Origin: Promethearchaeota archaeon
GTDB lineage: Archaea; Asgardarchaeota; Lokiarchaeia; Sigyniarchaeales; SOKP01
Assembly: GCA_048939015.1 (NCBI GenBank)
Contig: JBHLPW010000013.1
Coordinates: 20,607-84,606, forward strand
DNA: 64,000 nt
Direction of reading: 5' to 3'
The notes below the pieces were generated by a model. The model saw only the letters and a program-made list of their open reading frames with translations, was not told where the DNA came from and did no database searches. Position numbers and translations under genes: made by a program. Positions 37,264-47,707 of the stretch are shown in pieces (within the stretch, counting starts at the first letter, position 1; every line of letters begins with the position of its first letter).

Positions 37264-37884
37264 ATGATAATAAAACATCGAGGTTTCGAACCCAAAATCG
37301 ATGAAACTGTATTTATAGCACCAACAGCAGCGGTTATAGGTAATATTACTATTGGAAAAAATTCAAGGATATTGTACGGTTCTGTTCTTGATTCAGAAGG
37401 TTCTAGGATTACAATTGGAGATTACTCTATAATATGTGAAAATGCTGTTCTTAGAGCAACAGCAATGGGAAACAGGGACTATCCAGTTATAATTGGAGAT
37501 CATGTTTTTATCTCACCACAATCAACCCTAATTGGATGTGAAATCGAATCTAATTCTTATATAGCGACGGGAGCTACGGTCTTGCAAGGGGCGATTATTC
37601 AATCTGGAGCTGCGGTGGCTGTTGGAGCTTTAGTTCATGCAAATACTATGGTTCCTGCAAATGCTTTTATTCCTCCAAATAATATAGCTATAGGGGATCC
37701 AATGAGAATTTATAGGCCCAAAGATCAAGAAGCATTAACTAAAGCTATTAAATCAATTGGATTTGCCAAGATTGCATTTAATATTGAAGCAGAATGGGAA
37801 GATCGCTTTGAGAGATATAGACAAGCAACAACGGTTCGTTCAAAAGAATTTGAGAGCCATTTTAATGATGAGATTATAGAATGA
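37264..37884 (+). CDS. Gamma-carbonic anhydrase-like hexapeptide repeat protein
   Basis: PKIDETVFIAPTAAVIGNITIG, left-handed beta-helix repeats; Zn-ligand His residues not evident. Confidence 0.8.
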   Translation: MIIKHRGFEPKIDETVFIAPTAAVIGNITIGKNSRILYGSVLDSEGSRITIGDYSIICENAVLRATAMGNRDYPVIIGDHVFISPQSTLIGCEIESNSYIATGATVLQGAIIQSGAAVAVGALVHANTMVPANAFIPPNNIAIGDPMRIYRPKDQEALTKAIKSIGFAKIAFNIEAEWEDRFERYRQATTVRSKEFESHFNDEIIE

Positions 37885-37909
37885 ACCAAATTTTCTTCGG
37901 AGAGATAGC

Positions 37910-38779
37910 ATGATTGAGAAGAATTTTTTTACTTCCCAAACAAAGGTTTTATGTTTAATTGGAAATCCAATTGAACATTCTATGAGTCCAATAATGCATA
38001 ATGCTGCTATATTTGATTTGAATCTTGATTACGTTTATCTAGCATTTAAAATTAAGCCAGAAAATTTGAGGGTTGCGGTGAAAGGGATTAGAACATTCAA
38101 TTTTATCGGAATTAATGTGACACTTCCCTTCAAACAAAAAATTATGCAATATCTAGATGAAATTGATCCAATAGCCAAAAAAATTGGGGCAATAAATACA
38201 ATAAAAAATGATGAAGGATATCTAACTGGTAAGAACACAGACGCAGATGGAGGTATAACTGCATTAAAAAATACAGGATATAAAATTTCAGGAAAAAATA
38301 TCTTATTGTTAGGGGCTGGAGGAGCAGCAAGGGCTTTGGTCTATAAAATGGCAGAAGAAGCTAATAAGATAATAATAATTAATAGGAATCTAAAACGAGC
38401 ACTGAAACTATCAAATAACATTAGAAAGAATTTTGGGATAAATATTGAAGCGAAGAAATTGAGTAGAAATACTGTCAAAAATGGATGTATGAAAGCGGAT
38501 ATTATTATTAACACTACTCCAATTGGTATGTATCCAAATATAGATGAATCTCCTATACCAATAGAATGTTTGCATGAAGGTTTAATTGTTTATGATATTA
38601 TTTACAATCCAATAGTGACTAAATTGATTAGAGATGCTAATCAGAAAGGATGTAAAACACTTGGAGGTTTAGATATGTTAGTAAATCAAGGAGCTTTAGC
38701 ATTCGAATGGTGGACAAATGAGAAACCCAATATAGGTTTAATGAAAACAAAAGTAGTAGAATTTTTAGAGACGAATTAG
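37910..38779 (+). CDS. aroE: Shikimate dehydrogenase
   Basis: GNPIEHSMSP, NVTLPFK, GAINT, NTD, GAGGAAR, NTTPIGM, GLDMLVNQG. Confidence 0.96.
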   Translation: MIEKNFFTSQTKVLCLIGNPIEHSMSPIMHNAAIFDLNLDYVYLAFKIKPENLRVAVKGIRTFNFIGINVTLPFKQKIMQYLDEIDPIAKKIGAINTIKNDEGYLTGKNTDADGGITALKNTGYKISGKNILLLGAGGAARALVYKMAEEANKIIIINRNLKRALKLSNNIRKNFGINIEAKKLSRNTVKNGCMKADIIINTTPIGMYPNIDESPIPIECLHEGLIVYDIIYNPIVTKLIRDANQKGCKTLGGLDMLVNQGALAFEWWTNEKPNIGLMKTKVVEFLETN

Positions 38780-38848
38780 TAAGTTACAAGAAGTAGATTA
38801 TTATTTTTAATTATTTTAATAGATTAATAAAAGGAAATAAAAAAAAAT

Positions 38849-39217
38849 TTAAATTGAACTTCCACATAGTGCACAGAATTTAGCATCTGCATTTCTATCT
38901 AATTCAGTTCCACAATTATAACAATAAAGTGCTTTTTCTTCTTCTTTCTCGGATTTACCAATTACTTGTATAGTTTGTGGTTGATGAGCAACGCTTTGAA
39001 CTTGATAATTTGAAATTGGTTCAGTAATATTCTCTTTTTGCTCATAACAAACTGAATCACAATGAATACAACGAGGTTTATGCGCTCTATCTAAGTAAAT
39101 GGCAATATAAATTAAAAGTCCAAGACCACCAGTAAATATAGCAAGAATAATAGCTAATCCTATGTTAAACTCATTTTTTTTCGTATAAACATTCATATTA
39201 CATTTCGGACAATACAT
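38849..39217 (-). CDS. LITAF-like Zn-ribbon membrane-hairpin protein with C-terminal Zn ribbon
   Basis: CPKC - hydrophobic hairpin - CIHC, then CYNCG..CALCG. Confidence 0.75.
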   Translation of the reverse strand: MYCPKCNMNVYTKKNEFNIGLAIILAIFTGGLGLLIYIAIYLDRAHKPRCIHCDSVCYEQKENITEPISNYQVQSVAHQPQTIQVIGKSEKEEEKALYCYNCGTELDRNADAKFCALCGSSI

Positions 39218-39339
39218 TTTTCTCTCACTAAAAATATGTTATTTTAATTAAAGAGAGATTTTATTTAAATTAAAAAAAATTGGAGTCCAATTTTTAAAAA
39301 TAATTTGAAAAATCTACAATCTTATTTAAAAAAAAGCAT

Positions 39340-39723
39340 TTAACTTTCAGAAATTTGACTCCCACAATTCGGACAAAATTTTATTCCTGGATCTAATTTT
39401 TCTCCGCATAGAGCACAAAAATTTGGTCGAGAGCCTGTAATTTCCTCAGAAACATTTCCTGGTGTCGAATATGACTGTTGTTGAATTGGAGTTTGAGTTT
39501 GATATGCATATGGGCTTGAAATTTGTAAGGATGTTACTCTTGCTCCACAATGTATACATCTGTCTTCCGCTTTACTATAATAAATAGCAAGATAAATCAA
39601 TAATCCAATTCCCGCTGTAAAAATCAATAAAATAATAGCAAGACAAGTATCAATTTCCTCGCGTTTTAATAAAACATTCTGTTGGCACCTTGGACAATAT
39701 CCTGTTGGATTTTTAGTTGTCAT
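39340..39723 (-). CDS. LITAF-like Zn-ribbon membrane-hairpin protein with C-terminal Zn ribbon
   Basis: CPRC - hydrophobic hairpin - CIHC, then CALCG..CPNCG. Confidence 0.75.
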   Translation of the reverse strand: MTTKNPTGYCPRCQQNVLLKREEIDTCLAIILLIFTAGIGLLIYLAIYYSKAEDRCIHCGARVTSLQISSPYAYQTQTPIQQQSYSTPGNVSEEITGSRPNFCALCGEKLDPGIKFCPNCGSQISES

Positions 39724-39795
39724 TTTACTCGATCATTTATATTTCCTATTATTCTTTAAACTTTAAGATTATCAAATAATTATTCATTTAAATTT

Positions 39796-40185
39796 TTATT
39801 CCATTAGGTCAGCACCACAACTTGGACAGATTTCTGCCTTTTCTAATACTTCTTGCTTACAATATGGACAGTAAGTTTTCTCCTTGTCTCTTTTTTCATT
39901 TTCAATTGATTGTACTATTCGGTTAATTTGGGCTTTTGGATCTGGAATTTCTTCATGAGAATTGTAAATATTTAATTCATTTTTGCAATTTGGACAGATA
40001 TTTCTTTTTAAAATTAAAAACCGATAAATCAGGAAGGGAATTATAGCAAAACCTAATGAAGAGATAATTGCAAGTATCCAAATATTAATATACATATTTT
40101 CAATTGATTTTCTCTTTGGTTTAAAAATTTCTTTTTCACAATTACTGCAATATGCGAATTTCTTATTTGTATGCATTCCTCTCAA
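39796..40185 (-). CDS. LITAF-like Zn-ribbon membrane-hairpin protein with C-terminal Zn ribbon
   Basis: CSNC - hydrophobic hairpin - CPNC, then CPYC..CPSCG. Confidence 0.7.
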   Translation of the reverse strand: MRGMHTNKKFAYCSNCEKEIFKPKRKSIENMYINIWILAIISSLGFAIIPFLIYRFLILKRNICPNCKNELNIYNSHEEIPDPKAQINRIVQSIENEKRDKEKTYCPYCKQEVLEKAEICPSCGADLME

Positions 40186-40388
40186 TTAAATTATGAATAT
40201 TTAATTATTTTAATTTTTGTGGTTATGATGATAAAAGACTATATTATGATAAGATTATGGGCTTTAAATTGTTAAAAAAATTAATAATATAAGTTAATTA
40301 AAAATAAATCAAATAAGTCCTTATTTATTAATAATTTACCAAATCTAAGTTAAATTTTAGAAAGAATACAATTTATATCTGAATTGAT

Positions 40389-40988
40389 TTGAATCATAAA
40401 TCTTTATTTATTGCATTAGAAGGAATTGATGGATCAGGTACAAGTACCCATAGTCACCTTCTTAAAGGTTTTTTAGAAAGTAAAGGTTTCAACGTACATT
40501 TAACGATGGAACCCTCTGAAAGTGATATTGGAAAATTAGTTAGGAAATATTTAAAAAATAAAAATATACCACCTGCTACTGATGCATTATTATTTGCTAC
40601 TGATAGAAACTTGCATTATCATAACGAAATCAAGAAAAAACTTGAGGAAGGTTATATTGTCATATCTGATCGTTATATAGAATCTTCAATAGTCTATCAA
40701 TCGGCACAATCAGATAAAATATCAGTTGAATGGGTTATCGAAATAAACAAATTTGTAGAATTTCCTGATGTAACAATTGTTTTAGATATCGATCCAAAAA
40801 TGGCTTTAGCACGAAAAGAAGTTAAAGAATTAGAAAAATTTGAGGATAATTCATTCTTAAATAAAGTAAGAGATATTTATATTAAACGTGCTGAAAAAGA
40901 AGGATATTTTATTATTAATTCTGATGATATAATTGAAATTGTACAAGAAAAGATCCAGAAAATTGTAGTCGATAAACTTAAGACCTGA
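40389..40988 (+). CDS. tmk: Thymidylate kinase
   Basis: FIALEGIDGSGTST, EP, LLFATDR, SDRYIESSIVYQ. Confidence 0.95.
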   Translation: MNHKSLFIALEGIDGSGTSTHSHLLKGFLESKGFNVHLTMEPSESDIGKLVRKYLKNKNIPPATDALLFATDRNLHYHNEIKKKLEEGYIVISDRYIESSIVYQSAQSDKISVEWVIEINKFVEFPDVTIVLDIDPKMALARKEVKELEKFEDNSFLNKVRDIYIKRAEKEGYFIINSDDIIEIVQEKIQKIVVDKLKT

Positions 40989-41083
40989 ATTAAATTATTA
41001 AAAAAAAAACAAAGCATTTATTTTCTATACTATAATACATATCGAAAAAATCAAATAATAATTTATTAGTTGTATAACTAAAG

Positions 41084-42373
41084 TTGAATACAAGGAATCC
41101 AATAAAAGAAAATTCATTTAAAATTGATCGCCTTTTTAATTATGTTAAGATTTTTAGTTTCCCACGTCTAGCTGGAACTAATGGAGAAACTAAAGCTGTT
41201 GATTTAACAAGCAAAACTTTCAATGAAATTGGCTTTACTAATCAACAAATAAAAAAAAGAACATTTGAATTTTCTGATTTCTACTCTACAACACTTATAA
41301 AATTAATAATGGTCATAAACTTAACCTTTTCCTTATTCATATTGATGTTTGCATACATAGATCTACGTGTGACAATTTTTATCTGTCTCCTTATGATAGT
41401 TGTCTTTATTCTAATTATTAAAGGTTTAAAACATCCTGAACATCGAGGATTCTGGGGAGAATATTATGGAAAACTGATTTCAGCAACTAATATCTTTATA
41501 AAAATACCTGCAAAGAAATTACCATCAAATTTAGCTGGCAATATTATCATATCTGCTCATTTAGATTCTAAATCTCAATCTTTCAAGACTTATTGGAGAG
41601 TATTCTTCTATAGAATATGGTTGTATGGCGGAATTATTCTTGTTGGCTTTTTCATAGCTTTATTCATCCACGTGTATACAAGAATTGAATTTAATCTTTT
41701 GGTCATTGGTGTGGGTATTTGGAGTTTTACTATGCTTATTTCGATTTCAAATGTATTTTTAATGTTTTTGAATACTCATAATAAATCTCCTGGAGCTTTA
41801 GATAATGCTTCTGGAATGGCAGTAGTGTTTCAATTAAGTGAATATTTTAAAGAAAACCTGCTGGATAATTTTAATATTTGGTTTTGCCAGTTTTCCGCAG
41901 AAGAAATGGGAACTATGGGTTCCAGGTTCTTTGTAAATGATCATGAAACTGAATTCATAAAAGGAAGAGTATTTCAAATTAATTTGGACATGGTTTCTTG
42001 TGCATGTGAACCTAAAAATCGTATAGAATATTTAAAATCTTATAGTGTTCTACCACGGAAGAAAATCGCTCCATTGCTTAGTAAATATTTAGAAAAAGCA
42101 GCGGAAGAGGAACATGTGGAAATTAAAGGATTTCATTTATCCACTGGTGCACATACAGATTCTGTTCCATTTCATTTAAGGGGATATGATTCTGTCGATA
42201 TAGTTACAAGAGCAGGAGGAAAATATGCTCATAATAAAGTAGATACACCTGATAAAGTGGATCCTCACATATTATTGGAGGCATGCTTAATAATTAAAAG
42301 AGTAGTAATTTCATTAGACAAAGATTATGAGATTTTATGCAGAAATCTAGAATTAGTTTGTAAAAAAAGTTAA
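41084..42373 (+). CDS. Membrane-embedded M28 family peptidase
   Basis: SAHLDS, GALDNASG, AEEMG, NLDMV, HTD, H...DTPDK; 4 TM inserts. Confidence 0.88.
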   Translation: MNTRNPIKENSFKIDRLFNYVKIFSFPRLAGTNGETKAVDLTSKTFNEIGFTNQQIKKRTFEFSDFYSTTLIKLIMVINLTFSLFILMFAYIDLRVTIFICLLMIVVFILIIKGLKHPEHRGFWGEYYGKLISATNIFIKIPAKKLPSNLAGNIIISAHLDSKSQSFKTYWRVFFYRIWLYGGIILVGFFIALFIHVYTRIEFNLLVIGVGIWSFTMLISISNVFLMFLNTHNKSPGALDNASGMAVVFQLSEYFKENLLDNFNIWFCQFSAEEMGTMGSRFFVNDHETEFIKGRVFQINLDMVSCACEPKNRIEYLKSYSVLPRKKIAPLLSKYLEKAAEEEHVEIKGFHLSTGAHTDSVPFHLRGYDSVDIVTRAGGKYAHNKVDTPDKVDPHILLEACLIIKRVVISLDKDYEILCRNLELVCKKS

Positions 42374-42395
42374 TCTAATAAACTAAAAAAAGTGT

Positions 42396-42932
42396 CTACA
42401 TTAATTCTTCAATTTCTTTTTGAATCTTTTCAATCCTTTTTTTTGATTTCAACAAAATTTTGCTCCTACCATATTTTTGAAACCACCTATTAAATCTTTT
42501 TTGAATTGTAACTTCTCTCGTACCAGCCATTTGTTTATCTGCTAAACAGATTATTTTTTCTTCTAATGTTTCCGGTAAATAGTCTTTCTCAGGTAAACCT
42601 ACATCTTTTGCATCGTCTTTATCTAAGCCTCCTAAGATATGAGTCTCACAAATACGTGCCAGTTTTTCGGAGAATCCTCTCTGCCTTAAAATTTTACCTC
42701 CTATTAACGCATGTTTAAAATCATGGGTTTTGGTCCTCCCAATATCATGCAATAAGGCTCCAATTTCAATCAAATCCAGATCTACTTTCGCTTTTTTTAT
42801 TTTACTCGCAATTTCTAAAGCTTTATCTGCAACTTTTTCTGAATGGCGTCGAACTGAAAGCGGAATTTTCAAAATTCTTAATAAGTCTAATGCAAATTCC
42901 CGGTCTGGTAAAATTTCTTCTTTCTTCACCAT
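42396..42932 (-). CDS. HD domain (HDIG) protein
   Basis: RRHS, ALLHDIGR, HA..G, ETH, EEKIICLADK. Confidence 0.9.
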   Translation of the reverse strand: MVKKEEILPDREFALDLLRILKIPLSVRRHSEKVADKALEIASKIKKAKVDLDLIEIGALLHDIGRTKTHDFKHALIGGKILRQRGFSEKLARICETHILGGLDKDDAKDVGLPEKDYLPETLEEKIICLADKQMAGTREVTIQKRFNRWFQKYGRSKILLKSKKRIEKIQKEIEELM

Positions 42933-43101
42933 TATTTTTTATAATTATACAATTAACTTTAAAGTTGGGTTATTATAAAATTCATTAAATATGTATTCTA
43001 AGAAATATATCTGCAATCTTGAAACTTTTAAAATTAATAGATTACTAATAATAGAATTTAAACAGTAAAGTAATGTAAAAGAAAATTTGCCTTAGAGATT
43101 C

Positions 43102-43584
43102 TTAATAGAACTCTTCATATGGACCACTTACTAATCCGCCAAGCATACCTCCGATTAAAACTCCTACAAAAGCACTAATTATTCCTCCTAAAGTTTCAAT
43201 TAATTGGGATCCTTGGAATAATGACATTAAGTCCTCGCCAGAAAAAATACTCAATAAAATCCAAATTAATAAAACTATAATAACTACTAAAGAGCTAGCT
43301 AAAACTCCTCTTCTCAGCCCTTTTGATATCGAACCTGTGATATAACCTATAAAAATCCAAGCTAAAATCTCAGGGACAAAAAAACCAAGAATAGTGGGAG
43401 AACCTGTAAAGAATGAAATCATATCGAAATCAAAATTTGCACCTACTAATTTTGCTGCTACTTTTAATCCACTAATTCCGGAAGATATAACAGTAATAAT
43501 ATCAGTCATATTAAAGAAAAAAGCTGTAAAGAAGCTAAATACAATTCCAATAATGATTCCAATAATTAATCGATACGACGTCAT
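43102..43584 (-). CDS. Hypothetical four-TM membrane protein
   Basis: Gly-rich hydrophobic helices. Confidence 0.7.
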   Translation of the reverse strand: MTSYRLIIGIIIGIVFSFFTAFFFNMTDIITVISSGISGLKVAAKLVGANFDFDMISFFTGSPTILGFFVPEILAWIFIGYITGSISKGLRRGVLASSLVVIIVLLIWILLSIFSGEDLMSLFQGSQLIETLGGIISAFVGVLIGGMLGGLVSGPYEEFY

Positions 43585-43814
43585 TAATAAAACCGATTAA
43601 GATCTAAATGATTATATTATAGAAATATACTATAAATTATATTATTATTTAAAATCATTTTGCCATATTAATACTTTAGTTCTTAAGGATTTAGAAAATT
43701 CTACTCAATAAAATATTAAAGTTATTATGTATTCAATAATATATTCATTGATTTGTTAGACTTAAATAAATTTAAAAATAATCAACATTAGAACAAAAAA
43801 GCAAGGCTACTAAT

Positions 43815-44624
43815 TTGGCTCGAAAGAAAAAAAAGACTGAAGAACCAGAAACCGATAAATTAACCGATGATTTAAAAGATTTTACCGAAGAATTAGAGAT
43901 TGATTTCGAAGAGGATTTAGATTTAGAAGAGGAACTTGATTTATTAGACACTAAAGATATTGAAGCAGGACTAGAGGTAAAAGAAGAATTAATAGATAAA
44001 GATGAAGAAAGAAAACAACTCTATTTAAGTTGTGGTATACATATTGGAACAAAGCTGTTGACTGGAGATGCTCGACGGTTTATCTATAGACAGACTAATT
44101 ATGGATTGTATGTGATTGATTTAACACAAACAGATGAACGGCTTAAGATAGCTGCAAAATTTCTGAGTAAATTTGTTGAAGAAGGAAGTGATAGAGTTAT
44201 TGTTACATCAGTTCGACGATATGGAAAAGAACCAGTAAAAAAGTTCAGCGAAGCACTAGGATGTAGAGCTATAACTTCTAGATTTATTCCAGGCTCACTT
44301 ACAAATCCAATTATTGATACTTATATCAAAGATGCAAGTGTGGTGGTGATTGTGGATCCTCACGCCGATAAAGTGGTTCTACGAGAAGCTAAATTAGCTA
44401 GAATACCTGTAGTATCTCTTTTTGACACTGATGATACTCTAACTGGTATAGATCTTGCGATCCCAGCTAATAATCGCGGTAAAAAAGCATTAGGTTTAGC
44501 CTTTTGGCTATTAGCAAGACAGATCATGTTAGAATTGGGTAAAATCTCCAGTGAAGAAGAGTTTCCTTATGCTTTAGAAGAATTTACCTCAAAAATTGTT
44601 CCAATGTATCGACAAGAACAATAA
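43815..44624 (+). CDS. rps2: 30S ribosomal protein S2 with long acidic N-terminal extension
   Basis: YLSCGIHIGTK, RFIPGSLTNP, DP..D, IPANNRG.KALGLAFWLLAR. Confidence 0.96.
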   Translation: MARKKKKTEEPETDKLTDDLKDFTEELEIDFEEDLDLEEELDLLDTKDIEAGLEVKEELIDKDEERKQLYLSCGIHIGTKLLTGDARRFIYRQTNYGLYVIDLTQTDERLKIAAKFLSKFVEEGSDRVIVTSVRRYGKEPVKKFSEALGCRAITSRFIPGSLTNPIIDTYIKDASVVVIVDPHADKVVLREAKLARIPVVSLFDTDDTLTGIDLAIPANNRGKKALGLAFWLLARQIMLELGKISSEEEFPYALEEFTSKIVPMYRQEQ

Positions 44625-44828
44625 AAATCTAGATCGAACTGATTATTATTTATCTTTAAGAAGACATCCAAAAATCATTGGTTTTACCGCATACACTTAA
44701 AAGGAAGTCTATATTTTGAATTCTCATCAACCTAATTATTCTTTTTAATTTATGAATACTAAATTTTTTAATTGCAACAGATATAATATTAATAATTTTA
44801 TTGAAGATAATTAAAAGTATGCTCTAAA

Positions 44829-45680
44829 ATGAATGACCTTATTTTATATAGTCAGATCATATTAATTATAATTCGGATAATAGGATTAGGTGTTTCATTT
44901 GAATTCTATTATGATATAAAGAAAAACAAATTTATTCTTTTCATAATAAGTTGGATTTTATGGATATTATCAACACTATTAGCTTTAATTTCGATATTTT
45001 GGGAGGACCAAACAATAAACCAATTGTTTTTAATTCTAAATGTACTTTTTACAAGTCTAGGTGTAATTTTTTATATATGGGGTATTTATGTATACTTTAT
45101 CTCAATAAATCCAAGATTAATGTTAATTTTTCTTATTTTATTTACAATTATAGCGTTTATTTTGCATTTTACTATTAATTCTCTAACAGCAATACTTTTT
45201 ATGGTAATAGGATTCAATATAGTGCTAATATCTACATATATAATACCACCTTTAAAAATTACACAATTTAAAAATTATTTGGGAAAAAGTATTAGATGGT
45301 ATTATTCAGTATTAGTATTTCTTTTACCATATATCATTATTTCAATATACACAAGCTTATTAGGATATAGTTATGGTTTATATGAAAGCAATAATATCAT
45401 TATGATACTTCTTTATTATATCCCAATCAATTTTATTTCTATTATACTGATTATACTATTGATACACTTGGAGTATGGAATATCAACAAGTGAAGTTTAT
45501 GATTTAAAAGATAAATATTCTCATGATTTGGGAAATATATTACAAGTTATTTCCACAGCTTCAGAAATTTCGAATAACAAAGAGAATTTCCAAAAAGAAA
45601 TTTTGGAAGAAATGAAAGATTTATTACAACATAAGGTAAAAGAGGCCTCAAATTTAATAAAAGAAATAAGAGACTTATAA
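44829..45680 (+). CDS. 7-TM membrane protein ending in a HisKA-like helix pair, no ATPase domain
   Basis: About 7 TM then KYSHDLGNILQVI; stop after the dimerisation helices. Confidence 0.7.
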   Translation: MNDLILYSQIILIIIRIIGLGVSFEFYYDIKKNKFILFIISWILWILSTLLALISIFWEDQTINQLFLILNVLFTSLGVIFYIWGIYVYFISINPRLMLIFLILFTIIAFILHFTINSLTAILFMVIGFNIVLISTYIIPPLKITQFKNYLGKSIRWYYSVLVFLLPYIIISIYTSLLGYSYGLYESNNIIMILLYYIPINFISIILIILLIHLEYGISTSEVYDLKDKYSHDLGNILQVISTASEISNNKENFQKEILEEMKDLLQHKVKEASNLIKEIRDL

Positions 45681-45719
45681 AAACCAAAAAAAATAGATTT
45701 TGCGTTTATAAATCTTAAG

Positions 45720-45797
45720 ATCTCCAGAGAAGAAGGGTTTCCTTATACTTTAGAAGAATTTACCTCTAAAATTGTTCCAATGTATTAACAAGAACAA
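45720..45797 (+). repeat. Duplicate of the rps2 3' end (44544-44621)
   Basis: 72/78 nt identical by hand alignment; the CGA codon has become TAA. Confidence 0.93.
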
Positions 45798-45831
45798 GCA
45801 TAATATTGGCAATAGGTACTGTTTTTATTTC

Positions 45832-46509
45832 TTATTCTATATGCAATAGGTTAAGAAGTTCAGAAAGCTCACCAAGAAATTCTCGAACTTGATATGGTCT
45901 AAACGCTTTTCTAGGGGTAACCCCTGAGAGAACCGCAATAAAAGGAATATCTGCTCTATTAGCTGTTTCAGCATCAGTTATACTGTCTCCTATATAGATA
46001 ACTTCTGAATGAAGTAAATTTAAATTTTTTACAGCTAACATCAAACCAAAGGGATCTGGTTTAGGTGTTGAAATATCTTCTCCACCTACAATAAACTCAA
46101 AATTATCTAAAAGGTTTTCTCTACTCAAAATAGTCTTTATTCTATAACGAAATTTCGTAGACACAATACTAAGCTTTAATCCATGATTATATAATTTTTT
46201 AATTACATTAGGCGTTTCTGGAAATAATATTGTTAAGTTTGCCATAATATCATCTGCTTTTTTGATAAAATAATGCTTAAATAACTCAATTTTATCTACA
46301 TGGTGGTTTCCAACTAGCTGTATTAGTGTATGATCAAGTGACAGACCAATGGTTTTATAAATCTCTTTTTCTGGATATTCTTCGAGACCAAGTTGTTTTA
46401 ACGCATAATTTACACATTTTACCACACCTTTGGACGAATTTGCTAATGTAAAGTCAAAATCAAAAATAACTCCTTTTATACTACTCAGTTCATCATTATT
46501 CAACCGCAT
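45832..46509 (-). CDS. HAD-family hydrolase (phosphoglycolate phosphatase-like)
   Basis: FDFDFTL, VSTK, KPDP, YIGDS..D. Confidence 0.92.
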   Translation of the reverse strand: MRLNNDELSSIKGVIFDFDFTLANSSKGVVKCVNYALKQLGLEEYPEKEIYKTIGLSLDHTLIQLVGNHHVDKIELFKHYFIKKADDIMANLTILFPETPNVIKKLYNHGLKLSIVSTKFRYRIKTILSRENLLDNFEFIVGGEDISTPKPDPFGLMLAVKNLNLLHSEVIYIGDSITDAETANRADIPFIAVLSGVTPRKAFRPYQVREFLGELSELLNLLHIE

Positions 46510-46677
46510 AAGGTTCAGGATCGTTTTGAGGTTAGAAATTTTTCTATTTATTATTAATAATCCTGTTTAACAGGTTTATTTTTGTTAAAGGAAAGCATCT
46601 TAATCTTTTAAATTATTTATAATAAATTTTGAATTTTAAATCCGGGATTATACGAAAGTGAGTAATCTTTGAGAATT

Positions 46678-47667
46678 TTAAATATGTTCTAGTTGCCTTA
46701 TTTTTAGAATAAATCTATCATAATTAATATGTATTTTTGAAAAAATCCTCCTTATAAACATATTTTGTATGGTTTTTATAATAAATTTGATAAAAAAGCC
46801 AAAGTATTTCTCTTCCTGTGATAATATCGTTTTCCATGCACTCATTCTATATCGTGCTAGATGACTAAATAGAAAAGATAAACAATAAAATGTAAATAGA
46901 TCCAAATCTTCAAATCTCCACATTTTCTTTGTCATTTCAGAAGATTTGAAAAATTCTTTATATTCATCTATAAATCTATTTTGGATTTCCCTTGAAATAC
47001 CAATGCTAGTTCTTATGAAAAAGCATTGAAGCAGGTCAATCAATGAAATTTCTTTATGTTTAATGAAAAAATATTCAGTTGGAAAATCTAATAACAAAAA
47101 AAATCTAGGAGCCAAACCATATTTTCCAAATTTTAATCTTGAGTTTAATAAGTCCTCTAAATTAAATTCAGAGGTAATATCATAGAAACTAAATGGGTTA
47201 ATTCCATGAATTCTTACTTTTCTTCTACTTAAACTACTTAAATTTGAATTTTCTTCAGTAAAATTCAGATGAAGATTTAAGTAGAAAGTGGATAAATGTT
47301 CAATACCATAAAAAAGCAATACGGGCTTATTCAATTCAATTACTTTATCTATACTATTAATATAGTCATAACCAGATCTTCCAATATCAGCAATAAATCT
47401 ACTCACTCTTTCTAATTGAGAATTATCCCGATATCTAAGACATTCTGGATTAAAACTAGATGAAAGTAGTTTATAATAATTCTTAATTTCTCTTTTATAA
47501 CATGGAAAATAATATGTTCTCTTCCGATTTTGAATGATTAAAAGTTTTTGAAGATAATGTTGAATACTATAGGGTTCGAGATATAGCTTATAATCATCTG
47601 TACTTAGTTTTTTATATTTATCACTCTCAAATGAATCTCCATATCCTGCTTGCCATCTTCCTATCAT
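46678..47667 (-). CDS. YaaC-like protein
   Basis: KPVLLFYG, HGI, SHLARY...W motifs. Confidence 0.65.
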   Translation of the reverse strand: MIGRWQAGYGDSFESDKYKKLSTDDYKLYLEPYSIQHYLQKLLIIQNRKRTYYFPCYKREIKNYYKLLSSSFNPECLRYRDNSQLERVSRFIADIGRSGYDYINSIDKVIELNKPVLLFYGIEHLSTFYLNLHLNFTEENSNLSSLSRRKVRIHGINPFSFYDITSEFNLEDLLNSRLKFGKYGLAPRFFLLLDFPTEYFFIKHKEISLIDLLQCFFIRTSIGISREIQNRFIDEYKEFFKSSEMTKKMWRFEDLDLFTFYCLSFLFSHLARYRMSAWKTILSQEEKYFGFFIKFIIKTIQNMFIRRIFSKIHINYDRFILKIRQLEHI

Positions 47668-47707
47668 AGTTTAATTTTGATTCTGTTTAATTGAAATTTG
47701 ATTTTTA

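Noticed and set aside
46631-46660. Complete chromosomal dif site
   Set aside because: Only one Xer-like arm; no matching second arm across a 6-bp spacer
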